NCBI RefSeq assembly: GCF_004010195.1
Contig: NC_057755.1
Location: 5,149,643 to 5,213,642 of the forward strand
Reading direction: 5' to 3'
Length of the DNA: 64,000 nt
From: Chiloscyllium plagiosum
Taxonomy: Eukaryota
Made by a program: the position numbers and the translations under genes. Position 1 is the first letter of the stretch. Every line of letters starts with the position of its first letter. The notes under the pieces were generated by a model. It was not told the origin of the DNA. It saw only the letters and a list, made by a program, of their open reading frames with translations, and did not search any database. Below are positions 1 through 12,889 of this stretch, piece after piece.

Positions 1-1046
1 GACTGTCAGTTCTGTGTTAACCTCGTCAATTTCTCTTCCAGAAATATCGCTTGCAATAAAATATTTGCCAATTTCACTTCGAGATGTGTTTTGTGAATCT
101 CTAACCTCTTGGGCAAATTTCTCCAACAATAACCAACACATTTTGTTTTTAAATGTATCAGATCTCCAGCGATTTCTATTTTTATTTCTTCTTTCGTATG
201 TGCAGCAGTTTCTACATTTTGTTGTTTCAGAACTGCAGAAATGTCTGTTTTTGTTCAGATTAGCTCTTCAGCATCCGCAATTCTTTGCTTTATTTTTCTA
301 CCTGTCTCCCAACGAAATGTCTTGAAGCAAGATGTTATTTTGTCTGTAAGGATTCTTGTTCACAAATAGATGAAGAAATAAAAGAGCAGGTGTTGAGTAA
401 CTGGGAGAAAGCACAATACTGCAGACGATGGAACCAATTCGAGTAAAGTGCTGAAACTTTGACAGAGAATGTTCCAACACAATCTGAATGTCTTCACGAA
501 ATCAGGACAATGTTGGGTCTAAGTAAGGAAATGAGCTGCTTTTCAGTGCACTGTGAGTATGATATAAACAACTTGGTTTGGGTTTTCGAAATAAGATAGT
601 GAAACGCGTAAAGTCGTGCTAATTAGAAGATAAGATTCACCTTGAAGATAACTGAGTCAGAATACCACAATAATAGGTGAGGAACTGTGGATGTTAGAAT
701 TCTCAAACAAGATCAGAATTAGCTGGAGAAACTCTGCAGGTTTGACGGCATCAGCAGAAAGAAAGCAGAGTCACAGGACCCGAAACTAAGACATTGACAA
801 ATTTGAAGATTCAACTTTGAATTGAATTTCAATATGATTTGGGATATTTTTTGCCATGGTGAACGTTGGAATTTTCTCTGTACGTGAGAAACCTACACGG
901 AGTTTCTTGTGAACAAACATAAAAGCGCTTAAAATATTAGAGTTATTTCCTGGATATCATTGTAACATTAAGCATGGCACCTATTTGGTTCCAATCTTCC
1001 CATTCCTTCCAACATTTTTTTTGCTTCAAATTACTAAGAAACGTAC

Positions 1047-1173
1047 CGAAAAAACTGCTCCACCAATGAATCCCAAATATCCTTGCTCTGGGTAGCGTGT
1101 TGTGAAATACTGGCATCCAATTCAATATGTACCAATAGAGTATTGTCAGTACTCCCAAGCCAACCTGAATAAG
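1047..1173 (-). other. Candidate MS4A/CD20-like TM1-TM2 exon (possibly pseudogenic)
   Basis: Acceptor ttttgtgtcctttag|CTT ATT CAG and donor G|gtacgt. Translates LIQVGLGVLTILYWYILNWMPVFHNTLPRARIFGIHWWSSFF, resembling the MS4A pattern xxQI..G.......GxPxWxx. At 127 nt it is one base off a symmetric exon. Confidence 0.35.
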
Positions 1174-4100
1174 CTAAAGGACACAAAATTAAGGTTGAGG
1201 AAAGAGTGTACATTCAAAGACGGAGTCAACTGCTTGTAGGAATGAGCTGAGTCGAAGAGCCCTTGAATAGAGAATGAGTCAAATGCAACTCACTGAATTC
1301 GATTAGATTATCGACCAGGGCAAAGAGGCATTCCCTGCAACTTTTTGTCACATATCAGAGGCAATGATTCGCATTACACAATCAGCGGGAGATGAGCATC
1401 TCCAACAACAACAAAAAATCAGTCCAGATTTTCCATCCTGCAGTCGACCAGTCTTCACATTCTGAGAATATCATTATGAAGAAACTGGACTGAACCATTC
1501 CCATTGATACCATGCCTGGCAGAGCAGGTGAGTGCGGCTCAGAATCGCTCACACCCTCTCTCTGTAGTCCAACATCTTCAAGGTCAGCTAAGGAGTGTCG
1601 TGGATGTCTCTCGAATTTCTCGGATGAGCGCTACTCCAACAACACGCGAGACAATCGGCACATACACAGATATTTAAGCCTCCATGATTGGCATCTGAAC
1701 AGCTAAATTCAAAATTCACTGCCTTCACCACTGATGCACAGAGACCCAACCGAGTAGCATTTGCAAGATGCCCTGCTGTTACCGACCCAGATTTTACTCC
1801 ATCGCTTATAATTTGATGGGTATGGACATCTCTGGCTAACCCAGCAATCTGCACTAAAAAAAAGCAAAATGGGAGAAAGCAGAATTCTGTGGACAATGAG
1901 CAGAAATGCATTACGTGCTGTGTTTCTGACAGAAAAAGTTCGAGCCGCAGCATGAAGTGTTGGACAGGACTAAATGTTTTTCGTGTGAAAAGCAGCTAGT
2001 TTTCGATCAGAAAATTCCACAGCTCATTTTGCGGAATAAAGAATTAGGAAACCACGAACAAGAGAGGAGCAGAATAATGCAGGATACATTCCAAGGAATA
2101 ACCTGCCTCTCAGTTTACCGTGAACACGACATAAGTACATTGATTTGTTTTCTCGTAGCAAAATGTTGGTAGAAACAAGTACAGGGCAAGGTCGTTCGAG
2201 CCTGTACCACCTTTCTGCCACAGCTGATCCGAAATTCCCAACATGCACCTTACCGCCCTTTCCACATAACCTTTGATTCCCCTGTTTATCGAAACTCTAT
2301 CTCGGCCTTAAATATATGCATGGGCACTAATCCCACAGCATTCTGTGGCAAGGAGTTGGAAAGACTTATAGGTATCAGAGAGAAGAAATTCCTCTTCATC
2401 TCAGTTTAAATTGGTGCCCCTTTATTCTGAGGTTATGCTCTCTGATACTTGGCTCTCCCGTGAGGGGAACCATCCTCTCAACATTTGTCTTTAAGAATCT
2501 TAGACGTTTCAAATAGTGATAGTGAACACCTTTGTAAAACTGCTGAGATTCTTTCCTGTCGGTACACACATACAGTGCGGGTATTAAGGGGTCCCCATCA
2601 TCTTGAGCCAGCTACGATTAAACGAAAAAGGAAGTGGTGATATACATTCAAGTAGAGATGGTGTGTGAGACTCGGGGCAGAACTGGGACGTGCTGGTCCT
2701 CCCGTGTCTCGTCTATCCTCGTCCTTTGAGTTGCTGGACAAGGAGTGTTGTTAAGATCCTGTCAAAGGATCCTTGATGTTTATTATTGTCCTCCATCTCC
2801 GCTGGATATTAACCACCAGATGAAATGGTAACATTTTGGTGGGATCATTCACACTGGATTTGTAGAGGTCCAAGATGAAACCCCATCTCGATATTCTCAA
2901 AGGGACCATTGGGAATGAACGTTTAATATTGAGCTCATCGAAGATCGCCAGTATTGTCTGAGAAAGGAACAAAATATATTTGTTCACATATTTTCTGCAT
3001 TGTTGGCAATATTTAAATTATACCTGCCAGATTTGTAGCGATAATGAATGGAGCAAATTTTCATATACTACTTTAATGAGTTTTTAATGAGCTTCATTGC
3101 AGCTCAGTTTTGATCATAATGATCGCACAGGGGATAGCTGCCGATTCTCTCAGTCATCTATTTAAATAGGATTAAATTAATAACAAAAATGATTCAATCT
3201 TTCACCCAGCATTTTCAAATGTGCCATTTTGTATCTTCCAAATAATGATGGAACAACTCCTGCAATCAATTCCAGAGTGTCTTCCACTTTGCTGTACTGA
3301 TGGTTTATGAAAAATCCAGCTTCCTTGTTCCTTCGATTGACAATGTTCCAAATATTGGCTGGTAAATACACCTTTAGCGAAAAAAAAAGTTCCATTGATT
3401 TTAGGAGGTGATCATTTTCTGCAATATTTTTTGTGCAATTAAGCAACACAGCTTGTAATGTGCCAGACTGGTAACCACGTTCATGAAATTACAAGCATTT
3501 TACAGTGAACGCTGAAATATGTGTTTTGGGTATTAATTAATTTGAGTGCACTTAATGTAACATTTTATGTAACATCCTGTGCGTCATAATTCTGTTCTTC
3601 CATGTTTTCACAAAATGATATCGCTGAGTTTGGTATTTCCATCCTCTAAAACAGATACTATTTTTTAAACTAACTATTCCACACCTGACTGGATTTGAGG
3701 CTAATCGATTACATCCGTTCCCAATGTGTTAGTTTTTCCAACTCTCTGACAATTTTCGAGAAATTGTAAGCTTGCATTCTAAAACATTACCTTTTTGTTG
3801 CAATTATAGAACTCCCCGAGACTTGCACGACATTTTGCCAAACCAGTTCAGACGGAAATGCCAGTGGAATTTTATGTGTTTGCTTTATTATGGAACAGCC
3901 AAAGCTAATCACACTGATGCGATATATAAGCGTAGTTTCATTATTTCCGATTCTTGTGTACTTTGTACCAACGCACGTCTAACTGTTTTGATGAAAGAAA
4001 CAAAGACAGAAACTGCAGGGCAAACTCAACATATCTGGAAAGATAACAGAACAGAAGAAGGATAATTGAAACGCTAACTCTGTTTTTCTCTCTCCACTGA

Positions 4101-5184
4101 TGCTGCCAGACCTGCTGTTTTTCTAAAATCCCTAATTTCTTTTAACAGACCTTCAGCATCGAATTTCTTTGTTTTATTTCAACGTGAGGACTACCGATTA
4201 GATCTTGAACACATGCCAAGTATTCTATTCCTTTTAGTCAACATCATATTTACTGCAAGGTCAGTACTTACACTTTAAAACAAAACTGACTGGGTATAGC
4301 CCTGCTTGCAGTGCAGATACGGAGCATGTTCAAAACAAAGTCTCAAAAATAAATGATGACCAAAGAACAATACAGCACAGGAACAGGCCCTTCGGCCCTC
4401 AAAGCGTGCTCTTAAACATTTTGCCCTTCCATATTTAAACTCAACTCCTCCAGCCTGGACAAAAGCCTCATACTTCCCACTCTGTCCACAGCATTAACAA
4501 TCTTCTATCCATCTATCCAGTAGCCCCTCAACCTCTTGCATTCCAGTGAAAACAAACCCAGACTATCCAACCTTTCTTCACAGTTAAAATCACTGTACCA
4601 GACAACATTCCAGCAAACTTTTCTGTACTCTCTACAAAGCATCCATATTTTTCTGGTAGTGTTGCCATCAGAACTGTCTTTAATATTCTAAGTGTAGTCA
4701 AATTAAAATCCCATGAAATCGCAGCATAACATATCGATATGTCTCGTCAGTGCCCCTTCCAATGAAGGCAGCAATGCAAGTCTATGTGGCTAAGGAAATA
4801 AAAAACAGAAATTGCAGATTTGGAAATCAAAATGCACATAGGAGATAAAATTCAAAATAAAATAGCTCATTCAGGCATGCCTGTCATTCGTGGCTTCAGT
4901 TGACAAAACGTACAGATAGCACATTGCAGACGAAAGCACTTTTGCAAACCTATGGCCAGGCATTCAATACGTAACAAAAATAGAATTTCTGGGGAAACTC
5001 AGCAGCACGGGCAACAACTCTGGAGAGAGAAACAAAGTCAATGTTTTGAGTCTAATTATTTTACTTTAATGTGTAGCTTGTATATCTCGTGATGGGTGCT
5101 GGAGGAGTCAACTGCAACGTGCAGTTTCTGCACGGATGGCACAGCACAGAAATGCCTTAGTGTAACGGAAGGGAACGAGAATGA

Positions 5185-5625
5185 ATAAAATAAAGCAAAA
5201 CACTGTGATGCTGGCTATCTGAAATAAGCAGAAATTCCAGGAGATCGGAAACTGCAGGATGTAATAAAGCAAAGTACTGTGGATACTGGGAATCTGTAAC
5301 AAACAGCCATTGCAGTATCGTTAAAACAAACAAAATCAAAAATCGCGGAATCTCTGCAAAAAAGGCAGAAATGTCTGGTGATCAGAAACAAACAAAATCA
5401 AAAATCGCTGAAGTTCGGAAACAAATAAAATCAGACGTTGCTGGAGATCTAAAACAAATAAAAGCACTATGGAGCTGGAAATCCGAAATAGATAAGAACA
5501 GATATTATTGAAGATCTGAAACAAACAAAAACGGAAAGCGTTTTTAAAATTCAAGCGGTCTGGCAGCATCTGTGGAGAAAGAAGCAGTGTTAATATTTTT
5601 GAGTCCAGCGACCCTTCTTCAGAAC
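5185..5625. repeat. Degenerate ~30-35 bp tandem array derived from a PLE terminus
   Basis: Repeated (g)aaacaaa(c/t)aaaatca..a..gctggagatct units run into ggtctggcagcatctgtggagaaag and a minus-strand hammerhead remnant. Confidence 0.6.
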
Positions 5626-5979
5626 GCATCTCATATTAATCAATATTCACTCAGATCCCTGGTGGAAATTGTCCTGTTGACCCCAAGATGAAAATTTGAA
5701 CTGTGACAAAAGAATTAAATAAACAATATGAAGAATGTAAAATTTTATCTTAGGTTGCAGATCACTGAAGTTCTACTCTGGGTCAGGTTGCATTCCGGTT
5801 TTGTTCAACCTCACACAGTCTCGTGGGGGTGTGGGCACATCTATTGCAAATAAGAGATTGGCTCATAAACCTCTTCTGTCTTGTTGACTGACGTAAACGT
5901 GGATTCATTGAGCAGACGAGGTTTATAACGATAGAGTGTTCATCACTGACATATATCGCAAAATACAGAGTTTAGAATT

Positions 5980-6325
5980 TGGCCTTGCGGTGTATTTATG
6001 GAGTATTAATACAGAGACACAGATAATATTTTGTGGTTATCGTTTGAAATCCCTCAAAGGCGGATGGAGGCAGTTGAAATCAACTTAAACCCATCTGAAA
6101 AGTCAATCTAAATTTAAGAGATGAATGATGACTACCACTCGATTGTCATAAAAACGACTCTGGATCATTGATGTCCTTTAGGGAAGTTAATGTCCATCAG
6201 TACCTCGTCTGGCCTACATGCAACTCCAAGCACTGATGGTTGTGATTGTTCCTTAGTTGCTTTCTGTGCAATTAGGAATGGGTAATAAATGCTGATTACA
6301 CTTGAGACACCTGCATCCCATAAAG
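5980..6325 (+). mobile_element. Old SINE sharing its 3' tail with the LINE family at 16.3-19.1 kb
   Basis: Degenerate tRNA-like head, and tail caattaggaatgggtaataaatgctg..catcccat matching the LINE 3' end. Confidence 0.55.
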
Positions 6326-7770
6326 GATTTTGACAAAATCTATTCGCTTAATCAATACCGGGGAACTACTTTTCAATTGGATATAGAGAGGGAGAATAGA
6401 GATAATATTAAATGTCATAGTAATTATCGCCTGTCTTCAGTCTCGAATTTCTTTTTTGTGTGCTCAGGAAATAATATACGATATGTATGTAAATATATTT
6501 TCGTATTCCAGACCAAACCTCTTCAAATATATTCAGATAGCATAGTCCCTAACATTTTCTTATTTTAAAAGTAGATGAAAGTTTTACATTCCAGATGCCA
6601 TACGATTGATCCAACTATTAACATTACATGAATCATCCTTTAAACTGAAACTACAGTTAAAATGCATACAAAATCAATAGAAAAAAATGGCTTAAGTGTA
6701 ACTATTGAAATGCTTAGTAAAATAGTACGTACTTTGATTCGAAACAATTAAATGTTTGAATATGGTAGTATAGTGTAGACACATCTCTGGCAAAGCCAAA
6801 TTCAGGAAAATACCTTGTGTCACTTTCAATGCAGGTAACAGGGAAGGTTCTCTCGTTTTTCAGCTGTAACAAAAACAGGAATATGAGTTTCTTGTCCAGC
6901 TTTCAGAAACTGCAGAATGTTAATACTAAGTTTCCTGTTTCAGTGGAAGCTTGACTCCACCCATTCAGACTGCTTTTATTGTTCCAACTTTGAAAAAGGA
7001 AATCCAAGGCCTCAAAAACCGTCTAGTCCATTGGCTTTGAACAGACTGCCAAATAACTTTGTCTCAGACATTCTTCATAAAAACAAGAACAAAATTAAAG
7101 ACGTAAAGCCACAGTACAGTCACATTATAATGCAAGACTGTGGCATATGGAAGTTCCTGAAAACATGTTCACAAAGAGTACTTGAAGTTCAAACATCTTC
7201 CCTCAGAATCTTTATGCTGGATGCTAAACCCTATACCATGGTGAGGTACAAGTGTATGTGTGAATGACAAGTTCCTTTTCTTCGGATAGGGGAGTTTAAC
7301 ACGAGGAAGCATATCTTTCAGGTGAGAGTTGGAAGAATCAAAAATGAGATAGGGTAATGCTTTTACACAGGGAATGGTTCTTGAGTGAAATCAACTACCA
7401 GAGAAAGTCGTGTGTGCAGGTACCGTTACAATCTTCAAAAGTCACTTGGGTAAGTTCATAAATATGAAAGCGTTGGAGGGATACATGCCAAGGCCAGGCA
7501 GGTGGTGCAATTTAGATTGGGATTATGGTCGCTTTGGACTGGTTCGACAGAAGGGTCTGTTTCTATATTGTGTGACTCTGTGGGTCTTTGTCCAGAAACA
7601 TGCTGAGGTCTTTATTACAGTCAGTCACATGACTCAGGAAGTAGAGATGTAAAGTCATATACAAACAAAGCGGGGGAATGTGAGAAATGTTTTCACTGTG
7701 CTAGTTGTTAGGGCATGCAATGCACTTCCTGGTGGAGGCAGGTTCAGTTGAAGTTGCCTATCCATATTGC

Positions 7771-7871
7771 AGAGAGAGAGAGAGGCGGGGGGAGAGAGAA
7801 TGAGAGAGAGAGAAAGAGAGAGAAAGAGGGTGTGTGTGCGAGAGAGATAGAGGGTGTGATAGAGAGAGAGA
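7771..7871. repeat. (GA)n/(GT)n microsatellite
   Basis: Directly visible. Confidence 0.9.
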
Positions 7872-8559
7872 AAAAATAAATTAAAAGGTTGGTATCGGAC
7901 TGAAAATTAGAAGTCCACCGCACAGTTCAGAACTGGGATGACCACGTTATTCGAAGGCCTCAGTTAAAACCTTTTATTTTCCCTTTTTGAACATCGACAT
8001 CTCTTCTTGACGACTTTTATTGCTGAAACCTGCTCATTTCTTTGACATCTTCTCCAAAACTGAAAACGAATCCTCAAACTCGGACAAGGGGATCAGAACT
8101 TACCTCTGAGTTTTAACATGTGGACAGCTAGTTACTAACTGTTGAAACTAAGTTATAACTTACTTCAACAAACAGCAGAACACATACGCAACCGTGACCA
8201 CAACTATGGGCTCTCTTTACAAAAACTATTTCTCGTCTCTGTAAACTTCTTTCAGCTTCGATAAGACACACGGAGCTGTGCAAGTTGTAGTATATCTGAC
8301 GATGCATCTGTGCTCAAGAGATGTACAGTCTGACCAGACAACCCTTCATTTTAATAGCACACAGTATGCGATTTCTTCAATGAAGAAATCATACTTTTTT
8401 TTCTGATAGCAGAGTTGAAACAATCAGTCCCTGGACACTAACAGAAATAGATTTTATTTTATTTCACGTTAAAACAAAATTAGATATTCATGCCAGCATT
8501 GGACCAATGAAGCAAATAGACATCTTCTAAGCCGGAAATATTGCATAGAGGTATCCTCT

Positions 8560-9085
8560 CCATACCTGAGAAGAGATGAAGTTACATTGGAGATAGTTCA
8601 CCGGAGACTCCCTCCGTTGTTTGCAGAGATGATTGATTTGTCATGAAGAGAGATTGAATAGTTTGGGTCGATATACACTGGAGTTCAGAAGATTGGGAGG
8701 TGATTTAATTGAGGTTTCTAATATGTTAAAGAGGATTAAGAAAGTCGATATAGAGAGGATACTTCCTCATTTCGGAAATCCTTGAATGAGCGGTTATCGT
8801 TCAGATTAAGTGGTAGCAGACATAAAACTGAGAAGAGGAGAAATTGTGACTCTCAAACAGTCGTGAATCCGTGAAGTTTGCTTTCCCAGAGACTACTGCT
8901 TAGATATTAAATAAATTTGAGGAGGAGATAGGCAGGTTTTCAATTAGTAACAGGCTAAAGGCTTTTTGAGAGTGGGCAGGGAAGTGGGGTTGAGGGACGA
9001 GATGAGATCAGCCATGGTCGTCTTGAATGGCAGAAGAGGCTGCAGGGGCTGAATGGCCTATGCCTGTTCCCAATTCTTGCTTATT
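8560..9085 (+). mobile_element. CR1 LINE 3' fragment
   Basis: Degenerate LGxYTLEFRR.GGDLIEV coding tail, and the 3' UTR gagatcagccatgg...ggctgaatggccta. Confidence 0.75.
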
Positions 9086-10999
9086 TTCTACTCAGTCAAC
9101 ACAACAAAGGTCTGATCTGATTAAATAAACATGGCAATCTTCGAATCATAGAAGTTTCAAACCAATTTACAATTTCAGCACAAATATTGATGGGCTGATT
9201 GAGCGGAAGCAAATGTTCAGAGTGACAGCAGGATGTTCATTCACCCCATATATTGAAGATGTGCAGTTTTTTTAAAAAAAAGAGTTGTGGTTTTGTTGAC
9301 TATGGCAATAGGTTTAATCTAACTACGCACATGGAATACATTGTCATGGCCAACTTTTGAACAAATGAGGTTCATTTACGAATATTTCCTGTTTTTGGTT
9401 AATCTTGATGGGTTAAAGTCTCCACTGAAGCAGAGTGAAGCTGACAACAGGAAGCAGATTGGGGACATCTGCTCTCTATCATTCTCACAATCAGACACTT
9501 ATTTTGTGACAATAATTATTAAACTATTTATCACAAGTACACTGTGCAACATTACACCTCAAACTAAACAGAAAGTTCGGAAAAACTTTCTGAAGAGCAC
9601 CGGACAACAAAACAAAACCTCAACAAACTTCATTGTTAGAATACCGAGACATTTGCTCAGCTCGTCTCAATTAAATTGAATTATTTGGAGCTCCTCAGTT
9701 AAAGTATAAGGAAGAGTGTGTTTTGTGATGCAGTACTACGGGCCCTACTGAGACCATGAGATCATAAAAATTGCGAACAGAAGCAGTCCATTCGGTCCCT
9801 CGAGTCTGCTGCACCATTCGATAGGGTCAGAGACGATCTGACATTTCTCATGTTTACATTTCTGCGTTTTACTTAGAACCCTTGATTCCCCCTCTGCTCA
9901 TTCAGCTGTCTCAGCACTATTTACACACAAGGACTTTGCCCCCATAGCGTTCCCTGTGGATTCTAACGACTCACAATCCTCTGATAGAAGAACATCCTCC
10001 TTATCTCAGTCGTAAATTGATGCCCCTGTTTTCGGACTCTATGTCTCCTGGTCCTAGACTCTGAAAAGGGCGAAGCATCTCTCAACATCGACCCTGTATA
10101 GCCCCTTAATCCTTCACGTTTCAGTGAGACCACTTCCCATTATTCCCCATTAACTAAAGTATTAATGTCCTTTTCTATTTTCATGTTATACTGCTTATAG
10201 TGCTGTCTCTCTGGCATTCGCATTCTCGGTATAGCTTGAACTCATTGATATGTCTTGACTCCAAATTTAACAACACCTGCGTTTGATAATTCTCCTTCCT
10301 GTGTTTCCAAATCCCTCTGTCTGCTTCAAACTCTTCCGTCTCTTCATCAATCAACCATTTTAGGTTTCTTCACTGTATATGTCCAGTACACTACAGGTAA
10401 CAGAGAATTAGGCACTCTCATCTGCTGTTGTACAGCTCATCTGTGTCTTAGAGAGAGTCATGAAACATCTTCAGCTCATTAAACATAAGGTTATTTTTGT
10501 AAGAAACAACATTTTAGTTGTGTAATACACAGGAATTCACTTGAACAATAAACGTGTGCAGGTTAGTGTCATAACTGGCTGTTATGTTTGATTATAAAAG
10601 TGCATTCACTTGGGGAATAACTGTGTTAATTTTTCTGCAATACATGTATGGTCATTAATGGAATAGAGATGCATTCGTTAATATTATAGAAGTGTGGAGA
10701 TTTGTGTAACACGCTTATGTATGTTTTGGTTCACACGTTCTTGTTTCAGATTTCCAACATCCACAGTTCTCGGTTTTACACAATATATTGACCATATCAC
10801 GCAGTGCATTCTGTCTAAATCTGTAAAGATACGAGTCCCTCAATAGAGTCCCAAAAAGGGGTCGATTCTAATGAGTATCCCCTCAATGTGTACACAACTG
10901 TACATTCTGCTCCTCCAGATAAATCATTTTATGCTGGAATACATTCGAAACTTTTAAGTCCTTCCTCAGAGAATTGAATATGTGACAATCTATAAAATA

Positions 11000-11752
11000 C
11001 ATAGAAAGAATGCGGAGCTGGGCTGAGAAATGGCAGATGGAGTTCAATCTGGATAAATGCGAAGTGATGCACTTGGAAGGTCGGAAGTGAATGCTGAATA
11101 TCGGATTAAAGACAGAATTTTTGGCAGTGTGGAAAAACAGAGGGATCTTGGGTTCAAGTGCACAAATCCCTCAAAATTGCCAGCCAAGTGGATAGGGTTG
11201 TTAAGATAGCAATGGTATTTTGGCTTTCATTATCATGGATCGAGTTCAAGAGCTGGTAGATTTTACTGCAGCTCTACAAGACTCTGGTGAGACCAACCTT
11301 GGAATGTTGTGCCCAGTTCGCCAGACTATAGGAAAGATACAGAGGTTTTGGAGAGAGTGCAAGAAGTTTTAACAGAATGCTGCCTGGACTGGAGGGCTTG
11401 TCCTACGAAGAGATGTTGACGAAGCTTAGACTTTTCTCTCTGGAGTGAAGGAGGAAGAGAGGTGACCTGATCGAGGTGTACAGGTAATAAAAGGCATGGA
11501 TAGAGTCAATTGCCAGAGACTGTTCCCCAGGGCACGATAGACTGGCACGAGAGGTAAGAGTGTTAAGATATTAGGAGGAAGGTGTAGAGGAGACGTCAGA
11601 GTTAGGTTCTTTATGGAGAGAGTTGTGAGTGCGTGGAATGCGATTTAAACGACAGCTGAACATGCACATGGACAGCAGTGCATTGAGGGGTGCGTAGGCC
11701 ACATCGTGGGCCAAAGGGCCTGTGCTGAGCTCTACTTTTCTATGGTCTATGT
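11000..11752 (+). mobile_element. CR1 LINE 3' fragment (same subfamily as 19708-22293)
   Basis: WAEKWQMEFN and LYKTLVRP-type sequence, with the 3' UTR gggccaaagggcctgtgctg and tail tatggtctatg. Confidence 0.85.
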
Positions 11753-11899
11753 TTAACATTCGAATATAATTACCAATAAGCAGCAGGTTCTGACGTCGAT
11801 GATGAGTCAGAATGCTTTTTTTAAATAATCGGTTATTGCATTCACTGTGCTTTCAAAAACAAAATGATAGTTATCCCTGAGCAATAGTCACCACTGGCC

Positions 11900-12478
11900 G
11901 GTACAAGGTTCACTGAGAGTGGTGTCACATTTCGACAGGGTGATGATGAAAGTGCTTAGCACACTTGTCTTCATAGGTGGCACTTTTGAGGGCAGGAGCG
12001 GGGATTTAAAGCAGATTTACAAGGATGTCAACGGGATTGGAGGGTTTAGTGATAAGGTTCGGCTGGGACTTTTCTCTTTGCAACGTCGAAGGCTGCGGGC
12101 TGACCTTACAGAAGTTTATAAGATCATGAGTGGCATGGATAGGGTGAATCGCCAAAGTTTTTTTCCGCAGGGCAGGGAGTCCAAAACTGGAGGACATTGG
12201 TGTATGGTAATGGGGAGAATATTTTTAAAAATACCTGAGGGTGAATGCTTTCACATAGAATGTGGGTGGTTATTCAATGAACTGCCAGAGGATATGGTGG
12301 ATTCTGGAGAAATTATAATATTTTAAAAATATTTTGACAGGTGCCGGGATAGAAAATGTTTAGCAGATTATCGGAGAAATGCAGGCAACTAGGATTAGTT
12401 CAGTTCAGGAGATCTGATCGGCATGGGCAAATTTGTCCAAAGCGTCTGCTTCCAGGTTGTATGACTCTCTGACTCTAT
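11900..12478 (+). mobile_element. CR1 LINE 3' fragment
   Basis: LGLFSLQRRRLRADLTEVYKIM..NELPE, with tail gactctctgactctatg. Confidence 0.85.
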
Positions 12479-12889
12479 GTATGAAACTACGGAAACTTCG
12501 GCAACAATGCCCACATTCAGTCTAATAGAAGAGTTACATTTCAGTCAATGAGTGAAATGTACTTGTGAAAAGTCAAGGCAGTTCCCACCTTAAATACTGA
12601 TGGACAGCTCTGAGACATACGTTCTCACTCAGAATAAACTGTCTCGATTCTTCATCAATTGAAGTAATTTGTGGGATGGATCTCATGGTGTATGAGTGGA
12701 CAGCATTATTGCTGGCAGATTCCAGATTCTGCTTTTGTTGTTGCATTATGATGTATGAACAGCAACGCTCCTCCATATTTGTGATTAAAATTGATAATTT
12801 AATTAAGTTGTTTTTTTTTACAGAAATCTGAAAAAAACAGCAACAAAGCCGATCAATTCTGTAACTCGACCTTCTGAAGGATCTTCCAC

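Noticed and set aside
2751..3449. Two minus-strand ORFs as a host gene
   Set aside because: No convincing splice structure. VVPSLFGR resembles the end of a Gypsy protease, so this is probably a very old LTR-element remnant, too decayed to call.
5185..5560. Regularly spaced repeats as a CRISPR array
   Set aside because: The units are degenerate, there are no unique spacers or cas genes, and the context is eukaryotic.
6860..6960. IRF/ETS-like motif agtttcctgtttcagt as an immune enhancer
   Set aside because: A short motif expected by chance, with no linked start site or conservation evidence in the window.
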